DNA of 64,000 bases from Geosiphon pyriformis uo1 (lineage: Eukaryota > Fungi > Glomeromycota). The stretch spans positions 636,787 through 700,786 of the forward strand of contig JAAOMT010000183.1 in the NCBI GenBank assembly GCA_016748015.1, written 5' to 3'. The notes beneath the pieces were generated by a model that did no database searches, was not told the DNA's origin, and was given only the letters and a program-made list of their open reading frames with translations. Shown in pieces: positions 10,791 through 21,207 of this stretch (within the stretch, counting starts at the first letter, position 1; each line of letters begins with the position of its first letter). Made by a program: the position numbers and the translations under genes.

Positions 10791-13700
10791 CTAATCTTGT
10801 CTCATTCTAGAAAGACAGTCAACATTAGTGTGGAGTTTTCCTGGTTTGTGATGTACTATGTATTAATAGTTTGCTAGAAATCCTGTTCATCAGGTTTGTT
10901 TTACATTCAGCTGAGTATTTTTGTTCTGAAGCCATTTGAGTCCAATATTATCAGTAATAATATCAAATTCTTTAGGCCTGAGATAAAGGTTGAAGTGGTG
11001 TAAAGCCCAAATTACAGCTGCTGTTTCTAGTTCTGTGGCAGAGTAGTTTTTCTCAGCTGGTTTTAATGTTCTGCTAGCATAAACAATTACTCACTCATTT
11101 TCATTGTCATCTAGTTGTAATAAGATGGCACCAAAGGCAGTATACGAAGCATCTGTAGCTAGTCAAAATCAGTTGCTGAAATCTGGGTAGGTGAGAATTG
11201 GAGCTGTTGTCAGTTTTTCTTTGAGAATTTCAAAAGCTTTTTGGTGTTCGGTAGTCCATTTGTATTCAACGTTTTTGGTGGTGAGCTGGTTGAGGGGTTT
11301 TGCAATTTTGGAGAATCCTTTGATAAACTTTCGATAGTAGAATGCTAATTCTATGAATCCTCTTAGTTCTGAAGTGTTTTGAGGAGTTTTGAAGTTTTTG
11401 ACAATGCTGATTTTTCTAGGATCCAGTTTGATTCCATCTTTACTAATGATATGCCCAAGGAAGACCAAGCTTGTTTTTCCAAAGTAGCATTTTTTGATGT
11501 TGAGTTTTAGTCCTGCTTTTTGTAATCATTGAAAAACTTTTCACAAGTGTTTTAAGTGTAATTCGAATGATGGAGAATAAACATCAGTATTGTCAAGATA
11601 AATGACTACTGACTTCCAAAAAAGTCCTTGGTACACAACATCCATTAATCTTTGAAACGTTGCTGGTGCATTGCATAATCCGAAAAGCATTACATTGAAC
11701 TCATAATTTCTGTCTTGGGTGGTGAATACTGTCTTGGGGCGATCTTTGAGATCCATAGCAACTTGCCAGTAACCACTTTCTAAATCTAGTGTTGAAAAGT
11801 ATTTGGATTTTCCAAGGGCATCTAACATGTCATCAATTCGGAGAAGGGGGTAGGCATCTCTAATTGTAACACTATTGAGTTGTCAATAGTCAACACAAAA
11901 TCAGATCTTTCCATTTTTCTTTTTAACTAACACTATAGGTGAAGCCCAAGGACTCATGGAGAGTTGGATGAGCCCATTGTTAAGCATTCATTGTACTTCT
12001 TTTCAGATGAATTGGTGGCTTTCTGAAGCAACTCGATATGCTTGTTGTCTTCTTGGTTTGGCATCTCTTGTATAAATTTGGTGTTGGACCAAATTGGTTC
12101 TTCCTAAGTCATTGTTGTTTTCAGCAAAGATATCGGCAAATTCTGTAATTAGCTCTTTGAGCTGGGTCTGTTGTTGTGGTTCAAGTTGTCCCATGTTGAT
12201 TTGAGACAATTTTTCCATAACAACATGGTAGTTTTTGGAGCTGGGGTTTGGGTTGATTTTTGGTAGTGAATGTTTGATAATTTCAGAGAAATCGGGAACT
12301 GTTTAGGGTAATTCTTGTTGAAATATATTACTGTGAATAACTCCAATTTCTAAATTATTTAATAAAATTATGGGGTAATTATTGGGGTTGTAAAAAGTAA
12401 CTTGGACTTTCTTTGTTCCTTCTGAAATATAAATGTTTGGGATCGAAATATTATGTTCCAAGCAGATTTGTTCATTGGATTCAAAAATTTGTTGTGTGGT
12501 TGTTGGCTTTGAGCAGATGTAGATTTCCGGATGTTTTTCAAAGGGTAAGATGGTAATTAGTTGTGGAAGTCTGAGAATCTGGTGGAATTCATTCTGTGTG
12601 TTAAGAGCTATATTAACTGGAACTGTGAATCGTCCAGTTGAACCAAAATCTTGGGTTCCTCTATCACTTTTTCCTAATTGTTCTCTTTGATTAACTAGTT
12701 GCAAACCTGAAATGTTGATTAAGGGTAGGTAAATAGCTTGGGCAATTTTTTCAGCATGTTCAATCTTGAATGGTTTGTCAGTTTCATTTTGAAGCATCAC
12801 TGTAATGTTTCCAGTATATCCAGCATTGATTATTCCTCCTCTGACATTGATTTCTTTGCTTGCCAGAAAGGACCGGAAGGTGATTTGAACTATTGCTCCT
12901 AGTGGGATTTCGAGTGCAATTTTGAGGTTGATTTTTGTGAGAGATTTGGGTTTGAGAACAAGAGTATCCTTGCCTGGATATTTTAGGTCATATCCAGCAT
13001 CAATTTTGTGTGCTTTTTCGGATTTTATTCCTTGTCCATTGTTGTTGAAGTATTTAAGTTGTAAGGCAAGCTGATTTTTGATAAGGTAGATGGATATTGT
13101 TTCAATTTCTTCTATTGCTTCAGGTTCTCCAAATTCAATTTCGTTTTCATCATTTTTGCTGGGCAAAGGAATACTAAGAGCATAGCATTCAGAACACCAC
13201 TGTTCATCACAAGGCATAATGCATTCTTCACATAGTCTAATGTTCATTTGCTCTAATCATTGAATTTGAGCTTCTTGGATTGGTTAGGTGTGACTTGCAA
13301 TTTGGTGGTAGACTTCTACTTCATCTTCATAATCGAATCCAGCTAATTTCATAGTGTATTTAATATATTCTGTTTCCTTCATTTGATGAACATTTTCTTT
13401 GGTAGCTCTATTAATTAATGCCATTGCTAGGTCGAAAATCATCTCGGCATCATAGAGGTAGTGATAAAGTTTGTTGAAAGCACTGTTGTATGCTGTATTA
13501 AAGAGTGTTCCTCTTTTTACTTTTTCTAAAATTGATAAAGCATATTGGCAGGTCTGATTGCAGACTCCTCCTCTTATGGCTACATCAATCTAATTGCATT
13601 CTTCTGGTAGCATATCTCCACAAGTCAAACAAGAGGTGTTATTCCATTTTCTGTTCCTTTTTATTAGATGGCCCCATTGTTTTCTGTGACAAGCCTTACA

Positions 13701-16409
13701 GTAATAACAAGTATGATTTTCATATTCTTCTTCAGGTGAAATGCAGGCTCCCATTGACAATAGTTTCTTGTGGCAGTTCTTACATTTAAAGGGAATATAG
13801 GGGTGTTGTTTCTTTGGTTCAGGTTTTGAGTAAGGGATATTCCATCCAGAGGTTTTGAGTTCAGAGTGTGGAATAAAATGTTCTTGTTCTGTTTCATCAG
13901 CCCAGTTGGACGTTGATCCAAGAGCCATGAATGTTTCAATGAGGGGTTTTTCCTCTTCCGGTTTGAATTCAAAAGCCGGGGTTTTTCCAGAGCATTTGTT
14001 GAATGTACCACAAGTGGCAGGTACCTGGGTGTGTTGTTCTTGGTAAGAGATTGTTAACTCTTGTGTTTCCCAATTCAGATTAGCATTGGCTTTTTGAAAC
14101 CAATCATTTCTGACGAGAGCTTGGTATTGGGGTGCATCCATTACAAGAACTTTGACTGGAATAGTGATTCCATCAAGAGTGAACAGAAAATTGTCAATTT
14201 CTCCTACTGGGGTCTTTTTCATGTTATCAGCAGTGACAATTACTGTTTGAGCTGGTTGGTTGACATTTCTCTTCAACTATTGCATTAACTGGTAGATGAT
14301 AATGCTTCTGGTGGATCCACTGTTTAGAATCAAGCGAATTGTCTTTCCTTCAACTTCTGTTTCAGTGTACATAGCTGTGATTGCTTTTTGTTCATTGGCG
14401 GCTGCATTGCTAAGCAGAAATGGTGACTCATTTGCTTCAAACTCAAAAGGGAATATATCTGAAAGGTTAGTGTTTTCAGCGATTCTGGCTGGTGGGATTG
14501 TGGTGGGAGTATAGGAAAGGTTTTGTTGTTGTGCTGCAGCTCTACCTTCCAAAGGTGCAGTATGGTAAAAATCCTGTTCTTCTGGCATTGTTAAATAACT
14601 GGGCTGAGTGTGGTAGTGGTTGGGTCTTGGTTGAGTGAAATTTTGGGGAACCAATTGGTTGTTCGAACTGATTCTATTGTTGTTTACTTGGTATCAGTTT
14701 TGTGGTGTAAATTGATTTTGTGTAATCAGTCTTTAAGCAGGTACTTGATAATGTTGTGTGGGTGGTTGTTGGTATTGCTGTTGGATTGGTTGTGGGGTGG
14801 GCTGATAATAGTTATTTTGGTATTGGGGTCTTGGTGGATAGTAAGCTGGTGGTAGTAGTTGATAATAAGATTGCTGTGGTGGAGGGTAACGTTGATTACT
14901 CCTATTTTGTTGGTCTCGTTGTAGCTTTCTGCAATCTCTTTTCCAGTGGCCAGAGTTTCCACAGTAATGGCAATTCTGAGGCTGGTTATTAGAAAGTGGT
15001 GCAAAGTTATTTTGATTTCGTTTTTGGGGTGGTTGATATCTTTGGGGTTGCTGTTGTTGTTGATTGGTGAAATAGTTTTCAACCTTCTTTGTAAGTTGGT
15101 CAATTTTTTCCTCAGCTGCTGAACTGGTTTTTTCAATTGCCAAATTTACAAGTTTTGTGCGATTGGCCTTTTCCATGGCCATTTCGTATCTTTTCGCATG
15201 CTGTATAGCAGAGTTTAAATCTTCTGGCGCATGTGGGCGAATCTTTTTAATTAGTTTATCTTTTAGACCAGTGATAAATTGATCCAAGATTAGAGCATCA
15301 GAATAATAATTGTTTGTTTTGAGTTGGTGAATTTGTCTAAGAAGTTTGTTGAATTTCCCAATATAAGTCATAACAGATTCGGAGGGTTCTTGTTTGATAT
15401 TTCGAAAACGATTGCGAAGGGTAATAGAGGTATTATTGTCAGTGAACTGTTTAAGGAAGGCTGCTTTGAAAGTGTTCCAATCATTGAATGGGATGGCCAA
15501 GTTTTCAAACCATTCTTCTACTGTTCCTTTAAGAAAGTAGGGAATTGTTCTTAACATTCTGGCAGCATTCCATCTATTTGCATCTCCAGCTTTAGTAACT
15601 TGGTCAAGCCATTCTTGGGGGCTGGTCTCAATGTCTTCTCCATTAAATTCAGGGATTTTTGTGATGTATGTTGTCATTTTGTCTTTTTCATTTTCACTGT
15701 CTATTGATTCTTTTTCAGATATTTCAGGTTCATTTTCTTCGTTCGCTGCTGTCTCAGAGTGTTCACTTTGATTTTCAGCTAGAAAGTCAAGGAGATTGGA
15801 ACTAGTTTGAAGGAATTCTTGTTGTCTGATGGGACTTCTGAGTGATGTAAAATTTTCTGGTCTTGCAAATCGATTCAAAGGTAAATTAGGCGTTTGTGCT
15901 TGTGCAAATGAAGCTAGAAAAAGTGTAATAGTAAGTGGAAGTTTTGAACTGGTTCCTTGTTCAGGTGTTTGTAAATAATTGGCAGTTGTTTTTGGTAGTG
16001 TTGGAGTATTTGGGGTAGTTTTTGAGTATTGCTTCAATTTGTTTTTGCCTTTGTTGCTTGTTTCTGTTTCCGATTTAAAATCAATAGAGTATTGAGACTG
16101 CACTGGATATATTTCTTCACAGTATTTGATAATGTTAAAATTAAGTTTGTGAAAGTAAGTGGCAAGTGTTTTGCTGTTAAGGTTTTCAGTTCCCAACTGT
16201 GAATAGTGTGCTAAATTATTGTAAAGATTGCTTCTAACTTCTGAAATATTGTAATTTCCAAAAAGATAATTGTTGATGCAGTTTTCAATGTATTGGTATA
16301 CTGATTTCTTGACAACTTTAATTCCATCTGGAATGTTGAATCTTTGCTTGCAGTGGGTGTAAATTGATTGGTAATACTCTAGAGTTGTTGCATCTGGTGT
16401 GGTTGCCAC
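10791..16409 (-). pseudogene. gag-pol: A2 gag-PR-Cys-rich-dUTPase-RT-RNaseH, one reading frame with nonsense mutations
   Basis: All ORF fragments share one frame; CCHC knuckle CHYCGNSGHWKRDC, LILNSGS, dUTPase, LDLESGYWQ, YLDN. Confidence 0.92.
12640..13020 (-). pseudogene. dut: dUTPase domain within A2 pol
   Basis: DAGYDL, RSFLA, GGIINAGYTG, KIAQ, RGTQDFGSTG match trimeric dUTPase motifs 1-5. Confidence 0.92.
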
Positions 16410-16436
16410 TTTGAATTTTGTTGTTGTTTTGTTATT

Positions 16437-16453
16437 TCCATGGGAGAGCACCA
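16437..16453 (-). promoter_or_regulatory. Primer binding site of A2
   Basis: TGGTGCTCTCCCATGG next to the 5' LTR. Confidence 0.85.
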
Positions 16454-16455
16454 AA

Positions 16456-17438
16456 TGTTACCGCAGGTTTTTGGTCTCTTTTTTTAAATGTTGTTAATGT
16501 TGATTTGTTGTGAATTCACGTTTCCAGGAAGTAGTTGGACCTCCAGTAACTGAATTTATCTTCAAATTATCTTCTATAATTTGAACTTGCTGGGCTTATG
16601 AGTAGAATGGCCAATTCCATGCCAGTTGCTTTATGTAGTTACGTTGTAGTAAACATCAACTCTTTCCCAGGAATTGCTCATCTGGAAGCTTACTAAAAAT
16701 GTGTAGTTACTTTGCTGTGAAAGTCAACTTTTCTACAGGAATCTTGTCTGTAGGCTACTCTAATAATTATAATAAGAAAAGAAAAAAAAAATAAAAGAAA
16801 TGTAAAAAAAATAGGATTTTTATCAAGGGAAACGTTTTTCTATCCAGGCCTGGAGTCACTAACAGTTTACTGAAATTGGTAGCTAATCAATTTCAAAACG
16901 TTAGTTGGGTTTTTGAGAATTTTCCAAGTGCAATAATTTAAAGAATTTGGTTTTTCGAATTATTTGATATTTATTTCTTTTTGTGTGTATAGAAATGATT
17001 CTAAGTGATAAATCTAAAGTAAGATACATTTTCTCGAAGAGAGAAGCTCTTCTTTTATACAACTTGTTGTAACACTATTCTATGAACTTGAACTTTGCTA
17101 TTTTCTACAATTTTGCTGAACTAAAGATACATTTCGGTGAACTACAAATTATTTCTGCAAACTATTAGATATTTCGGTAAACTATCAATTATTTCAGCAA
17201 ATTTTTACAAATTTCAGCAAACTTTTGAATATTACATAGTTCAGGGTATTGCATGATTGATCATCGCAATTAGGTTACATTTGTGTTGTGTACAAATTGG
17301 ATTATTAATTAAATAATAATTTTGAACATTTTGCTAATGTAATAAGTGATAATTTGAAACGATAATATATGCTAATTAATGATAGGAATTATAAGATAAT
17401 TTCATGCTAAATAATATCTCTAATTTCATCTAGTAACA
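16456..17438 (-). repeat. 5' LTR of A2
   Basis: Direct repeat of 7568-8550; adjacent PBS. Confidence 0.95.
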
Positions 17439-18186
17439 GCAGTGAGGCCTAACTTTTCACAAGTAGTAACCAGAGCTAATTGTGGTATTTTCATCAGAGG
17501 CAGGAAGATAGCTTAAGCTATTTTGTCATGTGATTCTATTTTGTAGAACCTATTTGAATTGTTTTGTAGCATCACAATGATATTTTCAGTATATCCAGCA
17601 TCGATGATTTCTCTTTTTACATCAATTTTTTTCTTTGCAAGGCTAGATCTAAATGCTACTTGTACCATAGTACTAACTGGAATTTCTAATGCTATTTTGA
17701 GATCTATGCTTACTAAGGAATGTGGGACTATGACTAGGGATAATTGTCTGAGATATCGTAAATCGAAACCAGCATTAGTGTCATGTGCTTTTTTGGGGCA
17801 GATTCTCTCGTTATTATTACTATACCATTTCAATTCTAATTCTTTGGAAAGGTCGGAATATGCAAGGTATTGTTTTGTTTTGGTAGCCTTATTTGGCTCT
17901 TGATATAGCATGTTCTCAGCTATTAACTCGGCTTCTTTTTTGGGTTCTAGTAGTTTGTCAATAGAGTATAATATTTTTGGCAGTGGATTGAACATAAGAT
18001 CACATTTATCACAGTACTAGAAATGGCAAGAGATCAGGTAATGATCACATAGTTTTGTGTTTAGGTCAGCTAGTCTCTGTTCCTGTTCTTCTCAGGTTGG
18101 GACCAATTCTTGGTAATGATTCTGAAATGCGTCTGGGTTGTCAGTGAAAAACTCTTTGGTAATGTAATCGGGTCCATTATATTCAG
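17439..18186 (-). pseudogene. dut: B1 dUTPase and Cys-rich segment
   Basis: ORF 17513-17995: AGFDLRY, RSSLA, IIDAGYT, KIA. Confidence 0.88.
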
Positions 18187-19025
18187 TGTTATGAAAGTGT
18201 TTTCTTGGTATATTTTAATTGTTGATCTTCTATTTTAATTGCAATCAGTCTCTTGTGAGTTTCTCTATTTTATGTGTTGGATATTTAATGATAATGTACT
18301 GAAAGTTTTCTCTTGATGTTGTGATGTAAGTCTTTTCTTTAATTCTAGTTGTCTTTGTATGTTTTGTACTCTTTCTCAGAGGCTAATCTAAAATCTATCT
18401 GCTGTTTTGGGGTTTTTTTTGAGGCTATTCTTGCAATTGTCTGATGTGTTTCTCTAATCTAGAAACACAGAATATTAATGGCCTTTTTGCAATTTCCCTA
18501 AGTATATAATAAAGCTTTTTTAATTTAATTAGTAACCACGTAAATAATTTTGATCAGGGATTATTTTTCCAAAGAATTTAAAGATGGAATGATAGTTTTA
18601 TTTCCTAGAGAGGATATGTGAATTCTATTGTTAATCTTGCAATTGTGATGTTCATTCACTTCTTTTTATTAATTCTTTTTTTTAAATAAAATTTTATTTA
18701 GATATTTGTTGCTTTGAGTTGAAGCTTGTTTTTCTTCATCATTAAAAACTATTGTATATATATATAATTATTGTTTTACAAAATAACGTTTTGTAATACT
18801 CTATATCCGTTATTTCTAAATAATACTTGTTGCTATTGTGAAATAGTGCTTGCTGCTATTGTAAAATAGTGCTTGCTGCTATTGCACAATAATGCTTGAT
18901 GCTATTGTAAAATAGTGCTTGCTGTTATTTGTAAATCATTTCTTTTTATAAATTGTTGCTGTGCTATTTCATGATTGGCTAATTTATATTATTTATAATT
19001 CTTATTAAATTTTTGAATTGTAACA
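18187..19025 (-). repeat. 3' LTR of C1
   Basis: Direct repeat of 26989-27828; PPT GAAAGGAGGGGA adjacent. Confidence 0.93.
18828..18928. repeat. About 23-bp tandem repeats in C-family U3 (also about 27631-27731)
   Basis: Repeated TGCTGCTATTGTAAAATAGTGCT-like units. Confidence 0.85.
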
Positions 19026-19709
19026 TTATCCCCTCCTTTCAAGATTGAGCTCTGTTGAAATCAAAGTTAATTTCTTCATTGATTCTATATTACTATAATA
19101 ATCTAATACTGTATTATTAATTTGTTGTTGTAAATTTTGAAATTGTAAATTGGTTAATCGTCCAATGCTATTAATTATTATAAGATTCATAGTTGGATTC
19201 AATAGTACTTTGTGACAGTTTTTGAAAGCCTTAAAAATTCTGTAAACAGCTTTTATATGAAGTATATTATTGGTTTTTTTAATAAAACTTTCCAATTATT
19301 GTATCATTGTTTTGCTGAATACTTTGACTGAATCTTTTGAGTATAATGTTTGTATGTTTAATTGTTTTCTCAATTGGTAATAACAATAATTAATGGAGAA
19401 TTTTTTCTTTAGCTATTCAAATATACTTGGTGTTAATTCTACTATGTTCATTTTTTCTGTTATCAATGTATTATCCAATACTATTTCTAAATTTTTAATG
19501 GTTTTGTCAATAAAGCTGTTACTGTTTTTGGCAATAGTAGTATATGGTGCAAAACTAGGTTTTTCATTTATCGTAGAATTTGGTATTATTTTTCTTTTAT
19601 ATAATATCTCGGAACTATTGATTGTAATTTCCAAATCTGAATTTGATTGTTGTAAGCTTTGACATAGTTGTTAGGTTAACTTACTAATGTTTTCTGGAAT
19701 ATATGTCAT
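19026..19709 (-). pseudogene. C1 ORF3, unknown accessory protein (about 228 codons)
   Basis: ORFs 19413-19634 and 19026-19295 are in frame with ATG 19709; similar to ORF3 of A, B and D. Confidence 0.72.
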
Positions 19710-19794
19710 TGTTTTAATTCCTAACTGCTTTTTGGACTCTTTTGCATGCATTTTTATGCTTTGTTAACTGTTTTTTGGTGTAATTTAAGATTAA

Positions 19795-21176
19795 TTATCT
19801 TTTTATATAATGTTCAATTAAAACTACTGGTTCTAAATTTCGTGGAATTTGATCTGGTAATACTAGTGGTATTTGTGTTCCAATTCTAAGTGTTTGTGTT
19901 GTTATTACTGGTTTATTGTAATATAATTTCAGCTGGTTGCCATGTGCTGTTTTTCTTAAAATTTTCTCATCTAGTCTTAACTTGTATGCTCTATTGCCAA
20001 GTATTTTATAAATATAGAATGATCCATCCCACTTGTGATCAAACTTTCCACTCCATTGCTTTTCTGCTTTGGTACAATGCAACAATACTTTGTCTTCTAT
20101 TTTATAGCTAATTATATTATCTGGTAACTGGTTATTATGTTTTACTTTTTGTTGTGCTTGTGACTGTTCAATATTTTGAGCTGCTTTTCTTCTTTTGTTC
20201 TCCAAAATTTCTATTAACTCATATGTTCTTCTAAGTATTGTTTCGTGAAATGTGGTTTCTGTAATAATTTCATTTGGATAAGTTGGAATAGTAAGTTCAA
20301 TTGGTAATATGGCTTTTTTTCTATAAACCAATTCAAATGGTGTGAATTGTATAGTATTTTGTTTTAATGTCTTATATGCTAATAAAACTGCTGGTATGAA
20401 CAAATCCTATTTTTTTTCATGTTTATTGCTGATTTTGGCTAATGCTTCACATAGTGTATGGTTAAACCATTCAACTAATCTATTTGTTTAAGGGTGATAT
20501 GGTAATAATAGTGGTCGTTTAATTCCAAATCTTTGGCTGAGCTTATTTAGTGTACTGTTTACAAAATGTGTCCCTTGGTCTGACAACAATTCTTGTGAAC
20601 ATCCATGGCAGCAAATTAAATCTTTATGTGTACAAAGTGGGCTACAGATATAGCATCAGCTGTTTGAATGACTCTGGCTTCTGGCCATTTAATGAGATAA
20701 TCTACTACAACTGCAATATAACAATTGTTTCTTGCTGTTATTGGTAATAGTCCAACTAAATTAATTTCAATTCTATCAAATAGTTGTCCAACTTTTATGG
20801 GTCTTAGTGGTTCTGTTGTTTTTGTTCCTCTTCTTTGTTGGCATGAGTCACAATTTCTTATGTATTAGATAATATTTAAGTGCATTTTTGGCCAATAATA
20901 ACGACTAGTTGTACATTAAATAGTTGTTTCTTTTCTAAAGTGGTCTGAATAGATATCTGAGTGCATGTTAAATAAGATAGTTTCTTTTTCATTTTCGGTT
21001 ATAATTCTCAATGGATTATCTGGATTTTGTTGATTCTGGTAATAAAGTATGTGGTTTTGAGTAAAATAATGTTTTGATAATTTCTGGAACTTAATTAGTT
21101 CTTTTATCGGTGTGTTTTCATCTAGCTGTAGTGTTCTCAAGTATTGGCTAAGATTTTTGTAAAGATAATTGTCCAT
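19795..21176 (-). pseudogene. int: C1 integrase (separate ORF)
   Basis: MDNYLY start, HHCC, SDQGTHF, KFDHKWDGSF. Confidence 0.9.
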
Positions 21177-21207
21177 TGTTTATGAATTGGTTGTTGTTTG
21201 ATGGTTT

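Larger units (their letters stand above)
7568..17438 (-). mobile_element. Full-length Ty3/Gypsy element A2 (about 9.87 kb), inserted in the B1 dUTPase, TSD GCAG
   Basis: Two 983-bp LTRs, PBS, PPT, GCAG on both flanks; the flanks rejoin to dUTPase motif TARGINKFGS. Confidence 0.96.

Noticed and set aside
14733-14735. Stop after A2 gag as a programmed gag/pol readthrough site
   Set aside because: A3 has CGA and A1 has AGA at this codon, so it is a copy-specific mutation.
18828-18928. Short regular repeats as a possible CRISPR array
   Set aside because: Head-to-tail repeats with no unique spacers, inside eukaryotic LTRs, with no cas genes.
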